DNA of 64,000 nt. Source: the human T2T-CHM13v2.0 reference genome, Homo sapiens. Position 1 is the stretch's first letter, and each line of letters starts with the position of its first letter. A program made the position numbers and the translations under genes. Positions 1 through 14,000 of the stretch are shown in pieces. The stretch is from assembly GCF_009914755.1 (NCBI RefSeq), contig NC_060925.1. The stretch is one strand, 5' to 3'. The notes beneath the pieces are model-generated. The model was not told the DNA's origin. It saw only the letters and a list, made by a program, of their open reading frames with translations, and ran no database searches.

Positions 1-350
1 AATCGAATGGAATTATCATCGAATGGAATCGAATGGAATCAACATCAAACGGAAAAAAAACGGAATTATCGAATGGAATCGAAGAGAATCATCGAATGGA
101 CCCGAATGGAATCATCTAATGGAATGGAATGGAATAATCCATGGACTCGAATGCAATCATCATCGAATGGAATCGAATGGAATCATCGAATGGACTCGAA
201 TGGAATAATCATTGAACGGAATCGAATGGAATCATCATCGGATGGAAATGAATGGAATCATCATCGAATGGAATCGAATAGAATTATGGAATGAAATCCA
301 GTGTGATCATCATCGAATGGACCCGAATGGAATCATCATCCAACGGAAGC

Positions 351-361
351 TAATGGAATCA
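351..361 (+). promoter_or_regulatory. DUX4-type motif TAATGGAATCA (fits TAAYBBAATCA), site 1 of 2 per unit
   Basis: AAGC-TAATGGAATCA-AC at 351-361 recurs in each unit and is lost in U27 (T>A at 46526). This is a motif match only; binding is not shown. Confidence 0.4.
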
Positions 362-1105
362 ACATCGAATGAATCGAATGGAAACACCATCGAATTGAAA
401 CGAATGGAATTATCATGAAATTGAAATGGATGGACTCATCATCGAATGGATTCGAATGGAATCATCGAATAAAATTGATTGAAATCATCATCCAATGGAA
501 TCGAATGGTATCATTGAATGGAATCGAATGGAATCATCATCAGATGGAAATGAATGGAATCGTCATAGAATGGAATCGAATGGATTCATTGAATGGAATC
601 AGATGGAATCATCGAATGGACTGGAATGGAATCATTGAATGGACTCAAAAGGGATCATGATTGAATGGAATTGAATGGAATCATCGAATGGTCTCGATTG
701 GAATCATTATCAAATGGAATCGAATGGAATCACCGAATAGAATCGAATGGAACAATCATCGAATGGACTCAAATGGAATTATCCTCAAATGGAATCGAAT
801 GGAATTATCGAATGCAATCGAATGGAATTATCGAATGCAATCGAATAGAATCATCGAATGGACTCGAATGGAATCATCGAATGGAATGGAATGGAACAGT
901 CAATGAACTCGAATGGAATCATCATTGAATGGAATCGAATGGAATCATCGAGTGGAATCGAATGGAATTATGATCAAATGGAATCGAATGTAATCATCAT
1001 CAAATGGAATCAAAAATAACCATCATGAATTGGTATTGAATGGAATTGTCATCAAATGGAATTCAAAGGAATCATCATCAAATGGAACCGAATGGAATCC
1101 TCATT

Positions 1106-2042
1106 GAATGGAAATGAAAGGGGTCATCATCTAATGGAATCGCATGGAATCATCATCAAATGGAATCGAATGGAATCATCATCAAATGGAATCTAATGGA
1201 ATCATTGAACAGAATTGAATGGAATCGTCATCGAATGAATTGAATGCAATCATCGAATGGTCTCGAATGGAATCATCTTCTAATGGAAAGGAATGGAATC
1301 ATCGCATAGAATCGAATGGAATTATCATCGAATGGAATCGAATGGTATCAACACCAAACGGAAAAAAACGGAATTATCGAATGGAATCGAAGAGAATCTT
1401 CGAACGGACCCGAATGGAATCATCTAATGGAATGGAATGGAATAATCCATGGACTCGAATGCAATCATCATCGAATGGAATGGAATGGAATCATCGAATG
1501 GACTCGAATGGAATAATCATTGAACGGAATCGAATGGAATCATCATCGGATGGAAACGAATGGAATCATCATCGAATGGAAATGAAAGGAGTCATCATCT
1601 AATGGAATTGCATGGAATCATCATAAAATGGAATCGAATGGAATCAACATCAAATGGAATCAAATGGAATCATTGAACGGAATTGAATGGAATCGTCATC
1701 GAATGAATTGACTGCAATCATCGAATGGTCTCGAATGGAATCATCTTCAAATGGAATGGAATGGAATCATCGCATAGAATCGAATGGAATTATCATCGAA
1801 TGGAATCGAATGGAATCAACATCAAACGGAAAAAAAACGGAATTATCGAATGGAATCGAAGAGAATCATCGAATGGACCCGAATGGAATCATCTAATGGA
1901 ATGGAATGGAATAATCCATGGACTCGAATGCAATCATCATCGAATGGAATCGAATGGAATCATCGAATGGACTCGAATGGAATAATCATTGAACGGAATC
2001 GAATGGAATCATCATCGGATGGAAATGAATGGAATCATCATC
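1106..2042 (+). repeat. Internal diverged tandem duplication in every unit: subunit A (~1106-1573) and subunit B (~1574-2042), offset 468 bp
   Basis: GAATGGAAATGAAAGGGGTCATC at 1106 versus GAATGGAAATGAAAGGAGTCATC at 1574. Paired pseudo-ORFs MESSSNELNA (1219) and MESSSNELTA (1687) are 468 bp apart. Both halves share CGCATAG, AAACGGAAAAAAACGG and AATCCATGGACTC. Confidence 0.92.
1194..1204 (+). promoter_or_regulatory. DUX4-type motif TAATGGAATCA, site 2 of 2 per unit
   Basis: ATC-TAATGGAATCA-TTG at 1194-1204. The paralogous position in subunit B reads CAAATGGAATCA and does not match. This is a motif match only. Confidence 0.4.
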
Positions 2043-5000
2043 GAATGGAATCGAATAGAATTATGGAATGAAATCCAGTGTGATCATCATCGAATGGACC
2101 CGAATGGAATCATCATCCAACGGAAGCTAATGGAATCAACATCGAATGAATCGAATGGAAACACCATCGAATTGAAACGAATGGAATTATCATGAAATTG
2201 AAATGGATGGACTCATCATCGAATGGATTCGAATGGAATCATCGAATAAAATTGATTGAAATCATCATCCAATGGAATCGAATGGTATCATTGAATGGAA
2301 TCGAATGGAATCATCATCAGATGGAAATGAATGGAATCGTCATAGAATGGAATCGAATGGATTCATTGAATGGAATCAGATGGAATCATCGAATGGACTG
2401 GAATGGAATCATTGAATGGACTCAAAAGGGATCATGATTGAATGGAATTGAATGGAATCATCGAATGGTCTCGATTGGAATCATTATCAAATGGAATCGA
2501 ATGGAATCACCGAATAGAATCGAATGGAACAATCATCGAATGGACTCAAATGGAATTATCCTCAAATGGAATCGAATGGAATTATCGAATGCAATCGAAT
2601 GGAATTATCGAATGCAATCGAATAGAATCATCGAATGGACTCGAATGGAATCATCGAATGGAATGGAATGGAACAGTCAATGAACTCGAATGGAATCATC
2701 ATTGAATGGAATCGAATGGAATCATCGAGTGGAATCGAATGGAATTATGATCAAATGGAATCGAATGTAATCATCATCAAATGGAATCAAAAATAACCAT
2801 CATGAATTGGTATTGAATGGAATTGTCATCAAATGGAATTCAAAGGAATCATCATCAAATGGAACCGAATGGAATCCTCATTGAATGGAAATGAAAGGGG
2901 TCATCATCTAATGGAATCGCATGGAATCATCATCAAATGGAATCGAATGGAATCATCATCAAATGGAATCTAATGGAATCATTGAACAGAATTGAATGGA
3001 ATCGTCATCGAATGAATTGAATGCAATCATCGAATGGTCTCGAATGGAATCATCTTCTAATGGAAAGGAATGGAATCATCGCATAGAATCGAATGGAATT
3101 ATCATCGAATGGAATCGAATGGTATCAACACCAAACGGAAAAAAACGGAATTATCGAATGGAATCGAAGAGAATCTTCGAACGGACCCGAATGGAATCAT
3201 CTAATGGAATGGAATGGAATAATCCATGGACTCGAATGCAATCATCATCGAATGGAATGGAATGGAATCATCGAATGGACTCGAATGGAATAATCATTGA
3301 ACGGAATCGAATGGAATCATCATCGGATGGAAACGAATGGAATCATCATCGAATGGAAATGAAAGGAGTCATCATCTAATGGAATTGCATGGAATCATCA
3401 TAAAATGGAATCGAATGGAATCAACATCAAATGGAATCAAATGGAATCATTGAACGGAATTGAATGGAATCGTCATCGAATGAATTGACTGCAATCATCG
3501 AATGGTCTCGAATGGAATCATCTTCAAATGGAATGGAATGGAATCATCGCATAGAATCGAATGGAATTATCATCGAATGGAATCGAATGGAATCAACATC
3601 AAACGGAAAAAAACGGAATTATCGAATGGAATCGAAGAGAATCATCGAATGGACCCGAATGGAATCATCTAATGGAATGGAATGGAATAATCCATGGACT
3701 CGAATGCAATCATCATCGAATGGAATCGAATGGAATCATCGAATGGACTCGAATGGAATAATCATTGAACGGAATAGAATGGAATCATCATCGGATGGAA
3801 ATGAATGGAATCATCATCGAATGGAATCGAATAGAATTATGGAATGAAATCCAGTGTGATCATCATCGAATGGACCCGAATGGAATCATCATCCAACGGA
3901 AGCTAATGGAATCAACATCGAATGAATCGAATGGAAACACCATCGAACTGAAACGAATGGAATTATCATGAAATTGAAATGGATGGACTCATCATCGAAT
4001 GGATTCGAATGGAATCATCGAATAAAATTGATTGAAATCATCATCCAATGGAATCGAATGGTATCATTGAATGGAATCGAATGGAATCATCATCAGATGG
4101 AAATGAATGGAATCGTCATAGAATGGAATCGAATGGATTCATTGAATGGAATCAGATGGAATCATCGAATGGACTGGAATGGAATCATTGAATGGACTCG
4201 AAAGGGATCATTATTGAATGGAGTTGAATGGAATCATCGAATGGTCTCGATTGGAATCATTATCAAATGGAATCGAATGGAATCACCGAATAGAATCGAA
4301 TGGAACAATCATCGAATGGACTCAAATGGAATTATCCTCCAATGGAATCGAATAGAATTATCGAATGCAATCGAATGGAATTATCGAATGCAATCGAATA
4401 GAATCATCGAATGGACTCGAATGGAATCATCGAATGGAATGGAATGGAACAGTCAATGAACTCGAATGGAATCATCTTTGAATGGAATCGAATGGAATCA
4501 TCGAGTGGAATCGAATGGAATTATGATCAAATGGAATCGAATGTAATCATCATCAAATGGAATCAAAAATAACCATCATCAATTGGTATTGAATGGAATT
4601 GTCATCAAATGGAATTCAAAGGAATCATCATCAAATGGAACCGAATGGAATCCTCATTGAATGGAAATGAAAGGGGTCATCATCTAATGGAATCACATGG
4701 AATCATCATCAAATGGAATCGAATGGAATCATCATCAAATGGAATCTAATGGAATCATTGAACAGAATTGAATGGAATCGTCATCGAATGAATTGAATGC
4801 AATCATCGAATGGTCTCGAATGGAATCATCTTCTAATGGAAAGGAATGGAATCATCGCATAGAATCGAATGGAATTATCATCGAATGGAATCGAATGGTA
4901 TCAACACCAAACGGAAAAAAACGGAATTATCGAATGGAATCGAAGAGAATCTTCGAACGGACCCGAATGGAATCATCTAATGGAATGGAATGGAATAATC

Positions 5001-8000
5001 CATGGACTCGAATGCAATCATCATCGAATGGAATGGAATGGAATCATCGAATGGACTCGAATGGAATAATCATTGAACGGAATCGAATGGAATCATCATC
5101 GGATGGAAACGAATGGAATCATCATCGAATGGAAATGAAAGGAGTCATCATCTAATGGAATTGCATGGAATCATCATAAAATGGAATCGAATTGAATCAA
5201 CATCAAATGGAATCAAATGGAATCATTGAACGGAATTGAATGGAATCGTCATCGAATGAATTGACTGTAATCATCGAATGGTCTCGAATGGAATCATCTT
5301 CAAATGGAATGGAATGGAATCATCGCATAGAATCGAATGGAATTATCATCGAATGGAATCGAATGGAATCAACATCAAACGGAAAAAAACGGAATTATCG
5401 AATGGAATCGAAGAGAATCATCGAATAGACCCGAATGGAATCATCTAATGGAATGGAATGGAATAATCCATGGACTCGAATGCAATCATCATCGAATGGA
5501 ATCGAATGGAATCATTGAATGGACTCGAATGGAATAATCATTGAACGGAATCGAATGGAATCATCATCGGATGGAAATGAATGGAATCATCATCGAATGG
5601 AATCGAATAGAATTATGGAATGAAATCCAGTGTGATCATCATCGAATGGACCCGAATGGAATCATCATCCAACGGAAGCTAATGGAATCAACATCGAATG
5701 AATCGAATGGAAACACCATCGAATTGAAACGAATGGAATTATCATGAAATTGAAATGGATGGACTCATCATCGAATGGATTCGAATGGAATCATCGAATA
5801 AAATTGATTGAAATCATCATCCAATGGAATCGAATGGTATCATTGAATGGAATCGAATGGAATCATCATCAGATGGAAATGAATGGAATCGTCATAGAAT
5901 GGAATCGAATGGATTCATTGAATGGAATCAGATGGAATCATCGAATGGACTGGAATGGAATCATTGAATGGACTCGAAAGGGATCATGATTGAATGGAAT
6001 TGAATGGAATCATCGAATGGTCTCGATTGGAATCATTATCAAATGGAATCGAATGGAATCACCGAATAGAATCGAATGGAACAATCATCGAATGGACTCA
6101 AATGGAATTATCCTCAAATGGAATCGAATGGAATTATCGAATGCAATCGAATGGAATTATCGAATGCAATCGAATAGAATCATCGAATGGACTCGAATGG
6201 AATCATCGAATGGAATGGAATGGAACAGTCAATGAACTCGAATGGAATCATCATTGAATGGAATCGAATGGAATCATCGAGTGGAATCGAATGGAATTAT
6301 GATCAAATGGAATCGAATGTAATCATCATCAAATGGAATCAAAAATAACCATCATCAATTGGTATTGAATGGAATTGTCATCAAATGGAATTCAAAGGAA
6401 TCATCATCAAATGGAACCGAATGGAATCCTCATTGAATGGAAATGAAAGGGGTCATCATCTAATGGAATCGCATGGAATCATCATCAAATGGAATCGAAT
6501 GGAATCATCATTAAATGGAATCTAATGGAATCATTGAACAGAATTGAATGGAATCGTCATCGAATGAATTGAATGCAATCATCGAATGGTCTCGAATGGA
6601 ATCATCTTCTAATGGAAAGGAATGGAATCATCGCATAGAATCGAATGGAATTATCATCGAATGGAATCGAATGGTATCAACACCAAACGGAAAAAAACGG
6701 AATTATCGAATGGAATCGAAGAGAATCTTCGAACGGACCCGAATGGAATCATCTAATGGAATGGAATGGAACAATCCATGGACTCGAATGCAATCATCAT
6801 CGAATGGAATGGAATGGAGTCATCGAATGGACTCGAATGGAATAATCATTGAACGGAATCGAATGGAATCATCATCGGATGGAAACGAATGGAATCATCA
6901 TCGAATGGAAATGAAAGGAGTCATCATCTAATGGAATTGCATGGAATCATCATAAAATGGAATCGAATGGAATCAACATCAAATGGAATCAAATGGAATC
7001 ATTGAATGGAATTGAATGGAATCGTCATCGAATGAATTGACTGCAATCATCGAATGGTCTCGAATGGAATCATCTTCAAATGAAATGGAATGGAATCATC
7101 GCATAGAATCGAATGGAATTATCATCGAATGGAATCGAATGGAATCAACATCAAACGGAAAAAAACAGAATTATCGTATGGAATCTAAGAGAATCATCGA
7201 ATGGACCCGAATGGAATCATCTAATGGAATGGAATGGAATAATCCATGGACTCGAATGCAATCATCATCGAATGGAATCGAATGGAATCATCGAATGGAC
7301 TCGAATGGAATAATCATTGAACGGAATCGAATGGAATCATCATCGGATGGAAATGAATGGAATCATCATCGAATGGAATCGAATAGAATTATGGAATGAA
7401 ATCCAGTGTGATCATCATCGAATGGACCCGAATGGAATCATCATCCAACGGAAGCTAATGGAATCAACATCGAATGAATCGAATGGAAACACCATCGAAT
7501 TGAAACGAATGGAATTATCATGAAATTGAAATGGATGGACACATCATCGAATGGATTCGAATGGAATCATCGAATAAAATTGATTGAAATCATCATCCAA
7601 TGGAATCGAATGGTATCATTGAATGGAATCGAATGGAATCATCATCAGATGGAAATGAATGGAATCGTCATAGAATGGAATCGAATGGATTCATTGAATG
7701 GAATCAGATGGAATCATCGAATGGACTGGAATGGAATCATTGAATGGACTCGAAAGGGATCATGATTGAATGGAATTGAATGGAATCATCGAATGGTCTC
7801 GATTGGAATCATTATCAAATGGAATCGAATGGAATCACCGAATAGAATCGAATGGAACAATCATCGAATGGACTCAAATGGAATTATCCTCAAATGGAAT
7901 GGAATGGAATTATCGAATGCAATCGAATGGAATTATCGAATGCAATCGTATAGAATCATCGAATGGACTCGAATGGAATCATCGAATGGAATGGAATGGA

Positions 8001-11000
8001 ACAGTCAATGAACTCGAATGGAATCATCATTGAATGGAATCAAATGGAATCATCGAGTGGAATCGAATGGAATTATGATCAAATGGAATCGAATGTAATC
8101 ATCATCAAATGGAATCAAAAATAACCATCATCAATTGGTATTGAATGGAATTGTCATCAAATGGAATTCAAAGGAATCATCATCAAATGGAACCGAATGG
8201 AATCCTCATTGAATGGAAATGAAAGGGGTCATCATCTAATGGAATCGCATGGAATCATCATCAAATGGAATCGAATGGAATCATCATCAAATGGAATCTA
8301 ATGGAATCATTGAACAGAATTGAATGGAATCGTCATCGAATGAATTGAATGCAATCATCGAATGGTCTCGAATGTAATCATCTTCTAATGGAAAGGAATG
8401 GAATCATCGCATAGAATCGAATGGAATTATCATCGAATGGAATCGAATGGTATCAACACCAAACGGAAAAAAACGGAATTATCGAATGGAATCGAAGAGA
8501 ATCTTCGAACGGACCCGAATGGAATCATCTAATGGAATGGAATGGAATAATCCATGGACTCGAATGCAATCATCATCGAATGGAATCGAATGGAATCATC
8601 GAATGGACTCGAATGGAATAATCATTGAACGGAATCGAATGGAATCATCATCGGATGGAAATGAATGGAATCATCATCGAATGGAAATGAAAGGAGTCAT
8701 CATCTAATGGAATTGCATGGAATCATCATAAAATGGAATCGAATGGAATCAACATCAAATGGAATCAAATGGAATCATTGAACGGAATTGAATGGAATCG
8801 TCATCGAATGAATTGACTGCAATCATCCAATGGTCTCGAATGGAATCATCTTCAAATGGAATGGAATGGAATCATCGCATAGAATCGAATGGAATTATCA
8901 TCGAATGGAATCGAATGGAATCAACATCAAACGGAAAAAAACGGAATTATCGAATGGAATCGAAGAGAATCATCGAATGGACCCGAATGGAATCATCTAA
9001 TGGAATGGAATGGAATAATCCATGGACTCGAATGCAATCATCATCGAATGGAATCGAATGGAATCATCGAATGGACTCGAATGGAATAATCATTGAACGG
9101 AATCGAATGGAATCATCATCGGATGGAAATGAATGGAATCATCATCGAATGGAATCGAATAGAATTATGGAATGAAATCCAGTGTGATCATCATCGAATG
9201 GACCCGAATGGAATCATCATCCAACGGAAGCTAATGGAATCAACATCGAATGAATCGAATGGAAACACCATCGAATTGAAACGAATGGAATTATCATGAA
9301 ATTGAAATGGATGGACTCATCATCGAATGGATTCGAATGGAATCATCGAATAAAATTGATTGAAATCATCATCGAATGGAATCGAATGGTATCATTGAAT
9401 GGAATCGAATGGAATCATCATCAGATGGAAATGAATGGAATCGTCATAGAATGGAATCGAATGGATTCATTGAATGGAATCAGATGGAATCATCGAATGG
9501 ACTGGAATGGAATCATTGAATGGACTCGAAAGGGATCATGATTGAATGGAATTGAATGGAATCATCGAATGGTCTCGATTGGAATCATTATCAAATGGAA
9601 TCGAATGGAATCACCGAATAGAATCGAATGGAACAATCATCGAATGGACTCAAATGGAATTATCCTCCAATGGAATCGAATGGAATTATCGAATGCAATC
9701 GAATGGAATTATCGAATGCAATCGAATAGAATCATCGAATGGACTCGAATGGAATCATCGAATGGAATGGAATGGAACAGTCAATGAACTCGAATGGAAT
9801 CATCATTGAATGGAATCGAATGGAATCATCGAGTGGAATCGAATGGAATTATGATCAAATGGAATCGAATGTAATCATCATCAAATGGAATCAAAAATAA
9901 CCATCATGAATTGGTATTGAATGGAATTGTCATCAAATGGAATTCAAAGGAATCATCATCAAATGGAACCGAATGGAATCCTCATTGAATGGAAATGAAA
10001 GGGGTCATCATCTAATGGAATCGCATGGAATCATCATCAAATGGAATCGAATGGAATCATCATCAAATGGAATCTAATGGAATCATTGAACAGAATTGAA
10101 TGGAATCGTCATCGAATGAATTGAATGCAATCATCGAATGGTCTCGAATGGAATCATCTTCTAATGGAAAGGAATGGAATCATCGCATAGAATCGAATGG
10201 AATTATCATCGAATGGAATCGAATGGTATCAACACCAAACGGAAAAAAACGGAATTATCGAATGGAATCGAAGAGAATCTTCGAACGGACCCGAATGGAA
10301 TCATCTAATGGAATGGAATGGAATAATCCATGGACTCGAATGCAATCATCATCGAATGGAATGGAATGGAATCATCGAATGGACTCGAATGGAATAATCA
10401 TTGAACGGAATCGAATGGAATCATCATCGGATGGAAACGAATGGAATCATCATCGAATGGAAATGAAAGGAGTCATCATCTAATGGAATTGCATGGAATC
10501 ATCATAAAATGGAATCGAATGGAATCAACATCAAATGGAATCAAATGGAATCATTGAACGGAATTGAATGGAATCGTCATCGAATGAATTGACTGCAATC
10601 ATCGAATGGTCTCGAATGGAATCATCTTCAAATGGAATGGAATGGAATCATCGCATAGAATCGAATGGAATTATCATCGAATGGAATCGAATGGAATCAA
10701 CATCAAACGGAAAAAAACGGAATTATCGAATGGAATCGAAGAGAATCATCGAATGGACCCGAATGGAATCATCTAATGGAATGGAATGGAATAATCCATG
10801 GACTCGAATGCAATCATCATCGAATGGAATCGAATGGAATCATCGAATGGACTCGAATGGAATAATCATTGAACGGAATCGAATGGAATCATCATCGGAT
10901 GGAAATGAATGGAATCATCATCGAATGGAATCGAATAGAATTATGGAATGAAATCCAGTGTGATCATCATCGAATGGACCCGAATGGAATCATCATCCAA

Positions 11001-14000
11001 CGGAAGCTAATGGAATCAACATCGAATGAATCGAATGGAAACACCATCGAACTGAAACGAATGGAATTATCATGAAATTGAAATGGATGGACTCATCATC
11101 GAATGGATTCGAATGGAATCATCGAATAAAATTGATTGAAATCATCATCCAATGGAATCGAATGGTATCATTGAATGGAATCGAATGGAATCATCATCAG
11201 ATGGAAATGAATGGAATCGTCATAGAATGGAATCCAATGGATTCATTGAATGGAATCAGATGGAATCATCGAATGGACTGGAATGGAATCATTGAATGGA
11301 CTCGAAAGGGATCATTATTGAATGGAATTGAATGGAATCATCGAATGGTCTCGATTGGAATCATTATCAAATGGAATCGAATGGAATCACCGAATAGAAT
11401 CGAATGGAACAATCATCGAATGGACTCAAATGGAATTATCCTCCAATGGAATCGAATAGAATTATCGAATGCAATCGAATGGAATTATCGAATGCAATCG
11501 AATAGAATCATCGAATGGACTCGAATGGAATCATCGAATGGAATGGAATGGAACAGTCAATGAACTCGAATGGAATCATCATTGAATGGAATCGAATGGA
11601 ATCATCGAGTGGAATCGAATGGAATTATGATCAAATGGAATCGAATGTAATCATCATCAAATGGAATCAAAAATAACCATCATCAATTGGTATTGAATGG
11701 AATTGTCATCAAATGGAATTCAAAGGAATCATCATCAAATGGAACCGAATGGAATCCTCATTGAATGGAAATGAAAGGGGTCATCATCTAATGGAATCAC
11801 ATGGAATCATCATCAAATGGAATCGAATGGAATCATCATCAAATGGAATCTAATGGAATCATTGAACAGAATTGAATGGAATCGTCATCGAATGAATTGA
11901 ATGCAATCATCGAATGGTCTCGAATGGAATCATCTTCTAATGGAAAGGAATGGAATCATCGCATAGAATCGAATGGAATTATCATCGAATGGAATCGAAT
12001 GGTATCAACACCAAACGGAAAAAAACGGAATTATCGAATGGAATCGAAGAGAATCTTCGAACGGACCCGAATGGAATCATCTAATGGAATGGAATGGAAT
12101 AATCCATGGACTCGAATGCAATCATCATCGAATGGAATGGAATGGAATCATCGAATGGACTCGAATGGAATAATCATTGAACGGAATCGAATGGAATCAT
12201 CATCGGATGGAAACGAATGGAATCATCATCGAATGGAAATGAAAGGAGTCATCATCTAATGGAATTGCATGGAATCATCATAAAATGGAATCGAATTGAA
12301 TCAACATCAAATGGAATCAAATGGAATCATTGAACGGAATTGAATGGAATCGTCATCGAATGAATTGACTGCAATCATCGAATGGTCTCGAATGGAATCA
12401 TCTTCAAATGGAATGGAATGGAATCATCGCATAGAATCGAATGGAATTATCATCGAATGGAATCGAATGGAATCAACATCAAACGGAAAAAAACGGAATT
12501 ATCGAATGGAATCGAAGAGAATCATCGAATGGACCCGAATGGAATCATCTAATGGAATGGAATGGAATAATCCATGGACTCGAATGCAATCATCATCGAA
12601 TGGAATCGAATGGAATCATTGAATGGACTCGAATGGAATAATCATTGAACGGAATCGAATGGAATCATCATCGGATGGAAATGAATGGAATCATCATCGA
12701 ATGGAATCGAATAGAATTATGGAATGAAATCCAGTGTGATCATCATCGAATGGACCCGAATGGAATCATCATCCAACGGAAGCTAATGGAATCAACATCG
12801 AATGAATCGAATGGAAACACCATCGAATTGAAACGAATGGAATTATCATGAAATTGAAATGGATGGACTCATCATCGAATGGATTCGAATGGAATCATCG
12901 AATAAAATTGATTGAAATCATCATCCAATGGAATCGAATGGTATCATTGAATGGAATCGAATGGAATCATCATCAGATGGAAATGAATGGAATCGTCATA
13001 GAATGGAATCGAATGGATTCATTGAATGGAATCAGATGGAATCATCGAATGGACTGGAATGGAATCATTGAATGGACTCGAAAGGGATCATGATTGAATG
13101 GAATTGAATGGAATCATCGAATGGTCTCGATTGGAATCATTATCAAATGGAATCGAATGGAATCACCGAATAGAATCGAATGGAACAATCATCGAATGGA
13201 CTCAAATGGAATTATCCTCAAATGGAATCGAATGGAATTATCGAATGCAATCGAATGGAATTATCGAATGCAATCGAATAGAATCATCGAAAGGACTCGA
13301 ATGGAATCATCGAATGGAATGGAATGGAACAGTCAATGAACTCGAATGGAATCATCATTGAATGGAATCGAATGGAATCATCGAGTGGAATCGAATGGAA
13401 TTATGATCAAATGGAATCGAATGTAATCATCATCAAATGGAATCAAAAATAACCATCATCAATTGGTATTGAATGGAATTGTCATCAAATGGAATTCAAA
13501 GGAATCATCATCAAATGGAACCGAATGGAATCCTCATTGAATGGAAATGAAAGGGGTCATCATCTAATGGAATCGCATGGAATCATCATCAAATGGAATC
13601 GAATGGAATCATCATCAAATGGAATCTAATGGAATCATTGAACAGAATTGAATGGAATCGTCATCGAATGAATTGAATGCAATCATCGAATGGTCTCGAA
13701 TGGAATCATCTTCTAATGGAAAGGAATGGAATCATCGCATAGAATCGAATGGAATTATCATCGAATGGAATCGAATGGTATCAACACCAAACGGAAAAAA
13801 ACGGAATTATCGAATGGAATCGAAGAGAATCTTCGAACGGACCCGAATGGAATCATCTAATGGAATGGAATGGAATAATCCATGGACTCGAATGCAATCA
13901 TCATCGAATGGAATGGAATGGAATCATCGAATGGACTCGAATGGAATAATCATTGAACGGAATCGAATGGAATCATCATCGGATGGAAACGAATGGAATC

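Larger units (their letters stand above)
1059..2835 (+). repeat. Representative 1.77-kb unit delimited by EcoRI sites (this copy is 1777 bp)
   Basis: GAATTC at 1059-1064 and 2836-2841, in the context ATGGAATTCAAAGG. It recurs once per unit up to 63166, which would give the classical 1.77-kb EcoRI fragment. Confidence 0.92.
1..3554 (+). repeat. Recent monomer duplication U1/U2 (1777-bp variant unit)
   Basis: Both units share an A8 tract in subunit B (~53 and ~1830), GACTCAAAAGGG (~642 and ~2419) and CATCATGAATT (~1021 and ~2798). The ORF translations of the two units are identical. Confidence 0.8.

Noticed and set aside
468-473. AATAAA once per unit as a polyadenylation signal
   Set aside because: It is a degenerate GAATGGAAT in A-rich sequence, with no GU/U-rich downstream element and no transcript evidence available.
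1393-1404. GAATCTTCGAA as a heat-shock element
   Set aside because: Only two nGAAn units are correctly spaced and the third is out of phase. HSF1 stress bodies are mainly associated with HSat3 on chr9.
3968-4459. 163-aa ORF that is open in some units and split 81+81 in others
   Set aside because: This is a single TGA/TTA polymorphism (CATGATTG versus CATTATTG). It is a useful lineage marker but gives no evidence of coding function or readthrough.
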